From sequence record PZ386953.1: a DNA stretch of 64,000 bases; one strand, given 5' to 3'. The stretch's first letter is position 1, and each line of letters begins with the position of its first letter. Shown here one piece after another: positions 29,335-38,182 of the stretch. The DNA comes from a phage. The notes under the pieces are model-generated. The model had not been told where the DNA came from. It made no database searches and worked only from the letters and a program-made list of their open reading frames with translations. The position numbers were made by a program, and so were the translations under genes.

Positions 29335-30099
29335 TTGAAATTTATCTATAAAGAACACTACCACAAAGGTGTTGTGTGGAGTCTATTTGACGGATCTGGC
29401 GGTGCAGTCATTGACTGGGCAAAAGCTGGATATCTGTGCCTGTGCTTTAACGCAGAAGGTGCTGACCACGGCAGTTATGCAGAGGTGATCACCGATCATC
29501 CCAACATTCACTATGTGGACTATTGGATTGACCCGTGGTTCCCTCAGGAAACTTTTTGCATGTATCCGGCTCCAGATTTTATTCTTGCATTTCCTCCGTG
29601 CACGCATTTAGCGGTATCAGGTGCTGCACATTTTAAGAAAAAGCTGGCTAAGGACCCCATGATCCAAATTAATGCTGTAAAGGATGCTCGGGTTGCGGAA
29701 GAGCTGGGAGAGATTTACGATTGCCCGTGGCATGTAGAGAATCCTGTGGGTGTTATGTCCACACTGTGGCGCAAACCTGATTACCGTTTTCACCCTTCGG
29801 ATTATGGCGGGTATTTACCGGAAGATGATGTAAACCCATGGTTTCCTGAATTTATAGCTCCACGTGATGCCTATCCAAAAATAACTTGCGGCTGGATAGG
29901 TAATGGATTTATAATCCCAGCCACAAAACCTGTCCCGCAAATAGTTGACGCGGTTAGCGGGTATTCCATGCAACACGCCAAGCTGGGTGGAAAGAGTGCA
30001 AGAACGAAGATGATTCGAAGCCTCACACCACGTGGCTGGGCAAAAGCCGTATTCCTAGCAAACGAGCCTGTAGTAAGGAGCAGAATTAATGGGAAGTAA
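29335..30099 (+). CDS. C5-cytosine methyltransferase-like protein (divergent, short)
   Basis: TTG start 7 nt after AGGAGA SD; motif I FDGSGG, motif IV-like FPPCTHLAVSG (Cys retained, Gln replaced by Thr), motif VI-like VENPVG; no obvious target-recognition domain. Confidence 0.45.
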   Translation: MKFIYKEHYHKGVVWSLFDGSGGAVIDWAKAGYLCLCFNAEGADHGSYAEVITDHPNIHYVDYWIDPWFPQETFCMYPAPDFILAFPPCTHLAVSGAAHFKKKLAKDPMIQINAVKDARVAEELGEIYDCPWHVENPVGVMSTLWRKPDYRFHPSDYGGYLPEDDVNPWFPEFIAPRDAYPKITCGWIGNGFIIPATKPVPQIVDAVSGYSMQHAKLGGKSARTKMIRSLTPRGWAKAVFLANEPVVRSRINGK

Positions 30100-32167
30100 A
30101 TTTATGGCATCTGCATACAACCGTTTCGGTGAGCCAAACCCGAAAGCAACTAAGTATAAAAGTGGGGGAAGTGTGAAACGAGACTATCGTGATGAAAAAG
30201 AAGTTGAAACTGTAGAGACTGTTTTAGAAAATACTAAAATTGTCCCTGTCCCACAACAAAATATCGGTCTGATGGCTGCACAATATTTTGGTGTGCGATC
30301 AGCATTGTCCCAAGAAGACGGTGTGACAGTCACTGCAACATATTTCCCATATTACGACCGCTACGGAAATCTGTCTGGTTTCAAAAAGCGTGACTGGACT
30401 ATTCCTAAAGAGCAAAGGGGCCATTTCTCCGTTGTTGGCATCGTAAAGGCCAACTCCCAGATGTTTGGTCAAAAGCTGTGTGCATCTTCCAACAACCGTA
30501 AGCAGATTAACGTTTGTGAGGGAGAAGGTGATGTTATTGCAGCATGGCAGGCTGCATATCAGATACAAGTAAAAGGGATTCTCACCAACGCTAAAGCCCC
30601 GGCAAAGGTGAAGCAGTGGGCTAAAGAGGTCCAGGACGGGATCGACGCAGTTATCAACGGTGGTGATCTGGCAGGAAAACCCTGCCTGCCTTTTGTTGGA
30701 ATTAACTGTGGATGTGCAAACGCAGTAGATACTTTTGCAAACAATGAGAAGTTTATCCGTAGCTATGGAACAGTTGTGCTGGCAATGGATAACGATGCAG
30801 CTAACGAGGTAGAGAAGCAAAAACACGTCATTAAAGGTGTTGAGGCCACGCACAATATCGCAGCATTTTTGATGGCTGATAACGTTTACCACGTAGAATA
30901 CCCTGGTGAAGTAAATGACCCTGACGGTGTAAAAGATATCCGAGACATGCTGAAGGCTAAAAAGCTGGAAGATATTGTCAACATGTTCCGGCACCCTGTT
31001 AAATATGTGCCTGATGCTGTGTCGGATTTAGAAGACTTCTCTATCGAGTCTTTGCGGAAAAAGACTTCCAACGGGGTAGATATCAGTGCAGAGTTCCCAA
31101 AACTGCAAAAAATGCTAAAAGGCTTGCACAAAGGGACACTTGTAATGCTTACAGGTCCATCAGGCGGCGGTAAAACAACCGTGGCTAAAAAACTGGAACA
31201 CTGTATTGCAAGATACCTAATGGACCCGACATGCCCGAAGGCCGATGACTATGAAGAGGATGATCGTCTATGCATGATTCATCTTGAGGAGGACCCAGAG
31301 GAAGCAATTAACTCCTTGTATGCAAACCAGTTAGGGTTTGATGTTAAAGAGTTTGTTGAAGATCCTAGCCAGTTTTTAACTGATCAAGAACACGCAGAGA
31401 TTCACCAATCATGGGCAAAAGCTGGAAAAATCAAAGTGTTCAAACATTTCGGGTCTATTCCAGTGGACGAGTTGATTACCAAGCTTAAGCAAATGGTTTG
31501 CCTGTACCATTGTCGTTATATTGTGCTGGATCACCTGTCCATGGTAATTTCAGGGCTTAATGTTAAGGATGAGCGAAAAGAACTGGACATGGCTATGACC
31601 CAACTGGCTGCGTTTTGTAAGCAGTTTAACGTGTTTATCTTGGTGATCGCTCACCTCAAACGTACAGAGATTGTGCCCCCTAAGGACAAGGATGGTAACC
31701 CATTACCTTTCTGGTATCCTGTGCGAAAAGAGAATTTGCGAGGATCGGCTGGGCTTGAACAGTTGAGTTGGGTAGTCATAGGTGTCGAGGCCGAAGAAAT
31801 GGTGGATCGTTCTCGTGGACGTGTCCGTCTGGTAGGTCTTAAAAACCGTCCAGCAAAAACTTTAGGTATTGCTGACACTTTAGTTATGGATCCGCATACA
31901 GGTAAGTTCCATGATGCCAGTAATTGGTACTGGGACAAAGAAATGCAGATGTTTACAGACGGAGAAGGTGGGGAGGTTGTTTGGAGACCTCAGGCTATGT
32001 TTGAGGATCAGGAGCATGCAGTTGTAGAAACACCTATGGGCAAGGTTGTGGCTGATAAGGTTGTAACACCCACTGTCAAGCCTATTGACACGCAGGAAGA
32101 CCTCCAATACGATGATCCATCCTCTGATCCGGTCCCTGGTTTTGAGGATGATGAAACACCTTTTTAA
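30089..32167 (+). CDS. primase-helicase (TOPRIM primase + SF4 DnaB-like helicase, T7 gp4-like)
   Basis: TOPRIM Glu (VCEGEGD) and DxD (LAMDNDAANE); Walker A LTGPSGGGKTT; Walker B IVLDHLSMV; acidic C-terminus ...FEDDETPF. Confidence 0.7.
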   Translation: MGSKFMASAYNRFGEPNPKATKYKSGGSVKRDYRDEKEVETVETVLENTKIVPVPQQNIGLMAAQYFGVRSALSQEDGVTVTATYFPYYDRYGNLSGFKKRDWTIPKEQRGHFSVVGIVKANSQMFGQKLCASSNNRKQINVCEGEGDVIAAWQAAYQIQVKGILTNAKAPAKVKQWAKEVQDGIDAVINGGDLAGKPCLPFVGINCGCANAVDTFANNEKFIRSYGTVVLAMDNDAANEVEKQKHVIKGVEATHNIAAFLMADNVYHVEYPGEVNDPDGVKDIRDMLKAKKLEDIVNMFRHPVKYVPDAVSDLEDFSIESLRKKTSNGVDISAEFPKLQKMLKGLHKGTLVMLTGPSGGGKTTVAKKLEHCIARYLMDPTCPKADDYEEDDRLCMIHLEEDPEEAINSLYANQLGFDVKEFVEDPSQFLTDQEHAEIHQSWAKAGKIKVFKHFGSIPVDELITKLKQMVCLYHCRYIVLDHLSMVISGLNVKDERKELDMAMTQLAAFCKQFNVFILVIAHLKRTEIVPPKDKDGNPLPFWYPVRKENLRGSAGLEQLSWVVIGVEAEEMVDRSRGRVRLVGLKNRPAKTLGIADTLVMDPHTGKFHDASNWYWDKEMQMFTDGEGGEVVWRPQAMFEDQEHAVVETPMGKVVADKVVTPTVKPIDTQEDLQYDDPSSDPVPGFEDDETPF

Positions 32168-32225
32168 TGTTTAACAAAGAGTGGGAGGGGTAGTACAACC
32201 GCCTCCCCTTTAAGGAGAACTGTAT

Positions 32226-35003
32226 ATGAGCATGTGGTCGTTCGACTTTGAGTCATCCGGTTTGCTGGAAGATCCAGATCTTTATTATCACTGCGGCCTG
32301 TTTAAAGAGCTGAATAAGAACCGTTTTATGCTGTTCCTTCCTCTAAATGACCGCACACACTACTCCGAAGAGGATATAGAGAAGGCTAAGAACTTTATTC
32401 TGGCAAAGAAAACTCTTCATAAAGATTTTGAAGTTCGCATAGCAGATTTTTCGGAGTTGGAAGGTTGGCTTACAGGCAATTCCGACTGGTCACCAACAGC
32501 TTTGAACTGCCATAACTGCTACAGTTATGACTTTATGCTGATGGAAAGATTATCCGGTATTCATTTTGATATGTTCCGTGATCCTAAATGCATGGGGACT
32601 ATCAACGACCACCAGGTTAACCTGTTTGATACGTTGGCGATGAGCAGAATCTTGTGGCCTGATCGCCCTTTACCAAAAGGTTGTCCGGACTCTGTATTCA
32701 ACCCGGTTACTAAGAAAATGCAGCCTGTTGGTCCTCACGGCCTTATGGCATGGGGCTACGCCCTTGGTAACCAGAAAGTTCAAATTGATGACTGGCGCGA
32801 TCTTCCGTTGTGGAAGTATGTGGATCGTGTATTCGAGGACGTTATCATCCAGGAGCTGCTCTGGAAAGAGCTGGTAGCGGAATCAAAAGGTGTATTCTAC
32901 GGCAAATCTGACATGCAGAACTTTATGTACGATCCAGCCAAAGAGAAGCCGAAAGGGTTCAAGAAAATCACCTGGAAGAACGCATTACGCCGAGGCATGC
33001 TGCAGCACTTCCTGATGGAGCTGCAGGCCCGTCAGGGTGTATACTTCGACATAGATGGAGCTATTGCTTTACGTGACCGTTGTGATGCGTGGATGAAAGA
33101 AATCGCTGATCGTGTTGAACCTCAACTTCCTTTAAAAGAGCTGTCAATGTCTCAGCGGCCCAAGTTCCCTGAAAAGCCGTTTAACCAAGATGGGACAATC
33201 TCCAACAATGGTTGGAAATGGTTAAAAGATAAGCTTGGCTATCCTGTGGACATGAGTGCTTTGGAGTTCAAAGCCCCGCCTAAGCGAGCATTTACCTCCA
33301 CAGGAGATGTCAGCAAGATGGGGATAAAATGGTGTGAAGAGATGGGCTGCAAAGACCCTGATAAGATGGCTGATTTCTTGAGAGGCTATATTAAGGGCAC
33401 TTCCACACCACAACCTTTACCTAAAGAGCTGATGGATCAGGCAATAAGTGATCTACAGCAGAAGCGAATGCCGGACTGCAAGATACCTATGAAAATCAGC
33501 AATCAGGACGACATTAAGCGATACCTGATCAGTGCTGGTTGGCTTCCGACAATGTGGAGAACTAAGGATGTAACTAAAGACAGCAAGAAGAAAGCTCTAC
33601 CTGATGCAGATGTTGATGCACGAGTATATGCATACATGGACGAGCTTTTAGAGTCAGAGTATTGTGACCTGATTATCAACTTCTGGAACAAAACTGATGC
33701 TAAGTTTCAGACAACCGTGCACAAGTTCCGAAGCTTTCCTAACTCCGAAAGGATTAAAAAGGAAGTATTCGGGAAAATACGTAGAAAAGCCAGAGCACTT
33801 ATTACTTCTCCGCAGCTGAAAGATACGTTTGGACACCTATGCCCAAATCTTGAAAAATTGAACGGAGAGATGGCTAAAGATATCGTCTTGTGGTTATCAT
33901 TGCGAAACCGCAGATCGGTCCTTGATCCAATCAAGGAGGATAAGGTTGATACTGGTCTTCTTAATCACCCACGTTTGAAGATTGACCATAAGCTTCCTGC
34001 TAAAAGTTCTGGATTAACAAACACTTCCCGACAGAAACACAGTATTTGTGCAAACATGCCTAAACCATCTCCTAAAGTGGTTATGGGTAAAGAGATGCGC
34101 AGTCTGTGGGGTGTTCCTCCAGGATACTTTGAGATCGGTATTGACGGGTCCAACTTAGAGCAGCTTATCGGGGCTTGGGGTGCCTTTGAGTTCGACAACG
34201 GCCTGTATTACGATGTTGTAAGTAACGGGGATGCCCACCAAAACAATGCTGAGGCATATACGAAAGTAGCAGGTAGAGAGGTGTCTCGTAACGACGGTAA
34301 ACCTATCACGTACGGGGTTATGTATGGGGCACAAAAAGATAAAGTTGCAGACATGCTGGATATCTCCCCAGAGTTGGGGCAAAGGGTAATCGATGCGCTT
34401 TGGGATGCCAACCCTGGTCTTAAAGGGCGTAAAGAGGATCTGGAGAAATTCTGGGAAGCAACGGGTAAGAAGTTTATCTACTCTTTTGATGGTCATGCTA
34501 TCTGGACCCGATCTAAACACTCTTTACTTAATGCATACCAACAAAATGGTGGTGCATCGTTGTGTGACTTAGTTGGGATACTCATGCACCACCAAATGGT
34601 GAAGCGTGGGTGGTACGATGAAGGTGTTCGTCGTATTATTTATTACCATGATGAGTACCAACTTCAGGTCCCTGACACGCCTAAGTATAAGACTGTGTAC
34701 ACCTTCGACACAATTGAAGAATTGGAAGCATTTAAGGCAGAGCAGGAGGCCAAACTTCATGTGTTTGACGGTCATAAGTACAAAAAGGCACGCAAGGATG
34801 AAAACGGAAACGAAGTGGTTGACAGAGACGGAAACACGGTGTACGATCCTATCCTGAACGATGACGGAAAGCTTGAACTTATCTGGAGCCCTGTGGGTGA
34901 AATGGTGGTGCATTGCTTCTGGCAAGCTTCTAAAATGATGGGCGTTCCATTCCAGATCACAGGTGAATACTTGTGTGGTCGGAACTGGGGTGATTGTCAC
35001 TAA
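32226..35003 (+). CDS. family A DNA polymerase with 3'-5' exonuclease domain
   Basis: Exo I FDFESSGL, Exo II NCYSYDF, pol motif B K..YGVMYG, motif C YYHDEYQL. Confidence 0.8.
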   Translation: MSMWSFDFESSGLLEDPDLYYHCGLFKELNKNRFMLFLPLNDRTHYSEEDIEKAKNFILAKKTLHKDFEVRIADFSELEGWLTGNSDWSPTALNCHNCYSYDFMLMERLSGIHFDMFRDPKCMGTINDHQVNLFDTLAMSRILWPDRPLPKGCPDSVFNPVTKKMQPVGPHGLMAWGYALGNQKVQIDDWRDLPLWKYVDRVFEDVIIQELLWKELVAESKGVFYGKSDMQNFMYDPAKEKPKGFKKITWKNALRRGMLQHFLMELQARQGVYFDIDGAIALRDRCDAWMKEIADRVEPQLPLKELSMSQRPKFPEKPFNQDGTISNNGWKWLKDKLGYPVDMSALEFKAPPKRAFTSTGDVSKMGIKWCEEMGCKDPDKMADFLRGYIKGTSTPQPLPKELMDQAISDLQQKRMPDCKIPMKISNQDDIKRYLISAGWLPTMWRTKDVTKDSKKKALPDADVDARVYAYMDELLESEYCDLIINFWNKTDAKFQTTVHKFRSFPNSERIKKEVFGKIRRKARALITSPQLKDTFGHLCPNLEKLNGEMAKDIVLWLSLRNRRSVLDPIKEDKVDTGLLNHPRLKIDHKLPAKSSGLTNTSRQKHSICANMPKPSPKVVMGKEMRSLWGVPPGYFEIGIDGSNLEQLIGAWGAFEFDNGLYYDVVSNGDAHQNNAEAYTKVAGREVSRNDGKPITYGVMYGAQKDKVADMLDISPELGQRVIDALWDANPGLKGRKEDLEKFWEATGKKFIYSFDGHAIWTRSKHSLLNAYQQNGGASLCDLVGILMHHQMVKRGWYDEGVRRIIYYHDEYQLQVPDTPKYKTVYTFDTIEELEAFKAEQEAKLHVFDGHKYKKARKDENGNEVVDRDGNTVYDPILNDDGKLELIWSPVGEMVVHCFWQASKMMGVPFQITGEYLCGRNWGDCH

Positions 35004-35052
35004 TGTAAACTATCAGCACAGGGAGGTGCTGTTGAGCAAAGAGGGGATTTTT

Positions 35053-35337
35053 ATGGTAGTAGAACCAACAAAAACATTTACATCTATGACTATCCCTGTT
35101 ATTATGCAGGTGGAGTGTGTTCAGGTATCTCAAGTGTGGCCTGGCACCAAAATCCCAACAGGGCCTGATTTCTTTCAGGTTGGGAAAGTGTACAATGTCT
35201 GGAAGGCACCAGATTGTTACCCTTTCATTAAAGATGACCGTGGAATGTTGTGGTATCTTGGAAATGATTTGACACTGCACCTTGGGAATGCTATTATTGC
35301 AGTATTCAGACTTAACAAGAAGGAGACCGATCAATGA
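35053..35337 (+). CDS. small protein, paralog family P1
   Basis: ATG at 35053 after GAGGGG SD; shares G-K-Y-V ... D..G..WY core with the next two genes. Confidence 0.4.
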   Translation: MVVEPTKTFTSMTIPVIMQVECVQVSQVWPGTKIPTGPDFFQVGKVYNVWKAPDCYPFIKDDRGMLWYLGNDLTLHLGNAIIAVFRLNKKETDQ

Positions 35338-35561
35338 CAACTTTGGTTAAAGCTACTTTTGTAGAAGAAAAGATGACAGACCTGTCCTTCTTTAAAGAAG
35401 GAAAGACCTACGAGGTTTATTACGATAAAGCTCGTGCAAACAAAATGATTAAAGACGAGGAAGGGGTTGCCTGGTATATCTCTCACCTGGCAAACGGTGA
35501 GTATCATATCTACGGAACCACTTTGCTTGCCAAGTTTGTAGTTGTTGAAGAGGACCTATGA
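35334..35561 (+). CDS. small protein, paralog family P1
   Basis: 75 aa; FKEGKTYEVYYD ... EEGVAWY. Confidence 0.45.
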   Translation: MTTLVKATFVEEKMTDLSFFKEGKTYEVYYDKARANKMIKDEEGVAWYISHLANGEYHIYGTTLLAKFVVVEEDL

Positions 35562-35752
35562 AAGTAAAGTATCTTGCTGAAGGTATGAATAGGTATTTTA
35601 CCCTTGGGGAAGAATATTGGCCCTTTACAAACAACGGTGATGTCTACGTGAAAGATAATTTCGGCACGCCGTGGTTTCTGCACTCTAATGGGCTGGGATA
35701 CTCCATTTACTGCGGTGCAGTGAACAACACAACTCTTGCAGAGTTCGTTTAG
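35558..35752 (+). CDS. small protein, paralog family P1
   Basis: 64 aa; FTLGEEYWPF ... FGTPWF. Confidence 0.45.
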   Translation: MKVKYLAEGMNRYFTLGEEYWPFTNNGDVYVKDNFGTPWFLHSNGLGYSIYCGAVNNTTLAEFV

Positions 35753-35762
35753 AGGAGGTAGG

Positions 35763-36134
35763 ATGTTAGTAAAAGGTACCCACACAGTCAAACAACGTAT
35801 TGAAGTTGAGATTGATGATTGTGAGCTGAAGCATATTTTACGGTCATGCTCCAACGTTTTGCTCCTTAGTATTCTTCAGGAGCGAGCGGAGAACGAGTTC
35901 TTAAATGCATTGGCAGGCCGTCCCGGTGACTTCTGTGTGCGTAAGCGTGGTGACAACAAGTCATGGTTGTGGGAAATCGATGCCGACTGGGATTACCACA
36001 AAAATGAGGGTATAGATGAGCCTATTCGTGAACTGACTGACAAAGAGATTCAGATGTACAATGAAGTTTGTCATTGGGCAACACGCCAACAAATTTACCT
36101 AGACCCTGTGTGGCTGATTGAAAATAGCCATTGA
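35763..36134 (+). CDS. hypothetical protein
   Basis: ATG at 35763 after AGAGGAGG SD. Confidence 0.45.
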   Translation: MLVKGTHTVKQRIEVEIDDCELKHILRSCSNVLLLSILQERAENEFLNALAGRPGDFCVRKRGDNKSWLWEIDADWDYHKNEGIDEPIRELTDKEIQMYNEVCHWATRQQIYLDPVWLIENSH

Positions 36135-36210
36135 CAAGAAGTAAGATTAGATATAAGATGCTTCGCACAAACAGAGTGTTGATTTTTAAATAACTAAGGA
36201 GACTGCTAAG

Positions 36211-36465
36211 ATGAAAATTACTTTGAAGTCAGAATGCGTTGCAAATGACCGAGCTTTTAAAGATTGCACAGTCGGTGCAATTTATGAAGCAGAGTTTTGT
36301 GAGAACCCTCTGGTAAAAGCCCTCCTGGAAGAAGGGGCCCCTTTATCACAAGAAGAGATCGATGAGCTGGAAAACTCAGCACAGTGCCTTACCTTTAAAG
36401 ATGATGAAGGAGACTCTGTCTGGTGCACTGTTAATGAAGTAGTTTTTGTAAAACCTGAACATTAA
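36211..36465 (+). CDS. small Cys-containing protein, paralog family P2
   Basis: RAFKDCTVGAIYEA ... DDEGDSVWCTVNEV; paralogous to next gene. Confidence 0.5.
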   Translation: MKITLKSECVANDRAFKDCTVGAIYEAEFCENPLVKALLEEGAPLSQEEIDELENSAQCLTFKDDEGDSVWCTVNEVVFVKPEH

Positions 36466-36468
36466 TAC

Positions 36469-36497
36469 TTGACAACAGTGATGGAGCCTAATATAAT
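36469..36497 (+). promoter_or_regulatory. sigma70 consensus promoter
   Basis: TTGACA - 17 bp - TATAAT between the two P2 paralogs. Confidence 0.55.
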
Positions 36498-36528
36498 GGC
36501 CCTATCAAAACGAAAGGGGACCACAGCA

Positions 36529-36789
36529 ATGACCAAACAATACCAACGAATTAAAGCCAAGGTTAAGCCAGACTATCTGGAGAAAGACTCTGCTTTTCGG
36601 GACTGCACAGCCGACAAAGTTTACACAGGGGCTGTCCTGTTGAACGATAAACTTGAAGTAGATGTGCTGGGTAAAGAGGCCGTTATCGAGGATGACAACG
36701 GTGACTGTGTTTTCTGCACCACACGGGAGCTAGAAGTCTTAGAATACTTCGGTGAAATCTTCAACTCTTTAGACGACGAGGAAGCGTGA
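36529..36789 (+). CDS. small Cys-containing protein, paralog family P2
   Basis: Start placed at first ATG downstream of promoter (MTKQYQR); SAFRDCTADKVYTG ... DDNGDCVFCTTREL. Confidence 0.45.
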   Translation: MTKQYQRIKAKVKPDYLEKDSAFRDCTADKVYTGAVLLNDKLEVDVLGKEAVIEDDNGDCVFCTTRELEVLEYFGEIFNSLDDEEA

Positions 36790-37178
36790 TGAAAAATATT
36801 TGGGATATTGATATCTTTGAAGCCTCTAAGCTTGACGGTGCTGATGGAGTTATTATGGTGTCTGATGGCAAGGCAACACTAACTTCCGGAGATATCATCT
36901 ATGCCTTGGACGAGCTGGCGCTTCTGAAATCTACCGGTAACACTTTAGAGGAGCGTCTTCAAGGCTTCGCCTTCAAAGAAGGCACAAATACCGCCATGAT
37001 GTGCACCACACGGACAGTTCAGGTTGGTAACGGTGTCTATATGATCATTGCGGTGTGTCCTAAATTCAGCAACGTCAATAAAGATGATGCTGACGCTGTC
37101 AACGATGTGGTTGTTCTCTTCGGAGGTGACGCTATGGCAGACCTGATGAATGCAGGAGAAGCGGCAAATGAAGACTGA
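36786..37178 (+). CDS. hypothetical protein
   Basis: 130-aa ORF. Confidence 0.45.
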   Translation: MMKNIWDIDIFEASKLDGADGVIMVSDGKATLTSGDIIYALDELALLKSTGNTLEERLQGFAFKEGTNTAMMCTTRTVQVGNGVYMIIAVCPKFSNVNKDDADAVNDVVVLFGGDAMADLMNAGEAANED

Positions 37179-37470
37179 AAACATTACCCCAGCAGGGTTC
37201 TTAAAAGTATACCGTGAACTGCTATATACTACAGAGGACAGTGTTCTAGAGTATCCAGAATATCTTTTGCTGTATAAGTATCTGCAGGAGGCTGGTGAAA
37301 ATCTGCCAGTTAGTGCAGAAGGTGGTCCGAACTGGATATACAGCGCATGGAGAAAGGTTGACATTCTCCCAGATCCAGGTAAAGATATGGTAGTTTGGCA
37401 GCTTATCAACAACATTGGGATTCCAATCTTTGATGAAGCTGTTAAAATCTATTTTGAACTTGACGATTAA
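37168..37470 (+). CDS. hypothetical protein
   Basis: ATG at 37168 after GGAGAAG SD. Confidence 0.45.
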   Translation: MKTENITPAGFLKVYRELLYTTEDSVLEYPEYLLLYKYLQEAGENLPVSAEGGPNWIYSAWRKVDILPDPGKDMVVWQLINNIGIPIFDEAVKIYFELDD

Positions 37471-37487
37471 TATCAGGAGACCTTAAG

Positions 37488-37733
37488 ATGACTGAAGTAG
37501 TTGCTCGCGCAGGACAGAAAGTACGTTGTGTTGAAGTAGGTTTTGGTGGCAAAGGGTGTCAAAACTTGACTCAAGGTAAGGAATACGCTGTTATTTCTGG
37601 TGGTGGCGACGAAAGTATTGTGTTCGAGGGCCACATCCTGGATGCTGAAAACTTTGAAATCTTTGACGACGATGGGGATCCGATCACCTGCCTGCTGGAC
37701 GGGAATTGGGGAACTTTCGAAGTGATTGGCTAA
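37488..37733 (+). CDS. small Gly-rich hypothetical protein
   Basis: 81-aa ORF, SD AGGAGA. Confidence 0.45.
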   Translation: MTEVVARAGQKVRCVEVGFGGKGCQNLTQGKEYAVISGGGDESIVFEGHILDAENFEIFDDDGDPITCLLDGNWGTFEVIG

Positions 37734-37816
37734 CAAATACCTATTGTAATTTGCAGAAGGGGATGCTAAAATAGTGTCTCCTTCTATGTTGTTCAAATAA
37801 AATCGGAGATTCCATA

Positions 37817-38182
37817 ATGGAACAAATGAACGATCAAGCGTCGGTTGCGATGAACGAGCAAGAACAACCTCAAGAATTTTTCTTAGGGTTAAGTAAAGAT
37901 CAAGTGTCTCTTCTACTAGTGCTTTCTTCTTTCATGGGAAGACTTCAGGAGCTCACACAACAACCAGAGGCTGAACAATTATTTCAAGCTCTGCGTGAAG
38001 AAGAAAAATATCGTCGTTTGGACTATGCCTTAGGTTGGGTAGCTCAACAACGAGATATGCTGATGGCCCTCTCTGGGACCACAAGTTTTGCAATGGGGCT
38101 GTTGGCTCAAGTTCAGGACAAATTAATTCAAGCAGGGTTTGCACACACGGCAAACACTAACGAAGAACAAGGAGACAAATAA
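37817..38182 (+). CDS. hypothetical protein
   Basis: 121-aa ORF, SD CGGAGA. Confidence 0.45.
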   Translation: MEQMNDQASVAMNEQEQPQEFFLGLSKDQVSLLLVLSSFMGRLQELTQQPEAEQLFQALREEEKYRRLDYALGWVAQQRDMLMALSGTTSFAMGLLAQVQDKLIQAGFAHTANTNEEQGDK

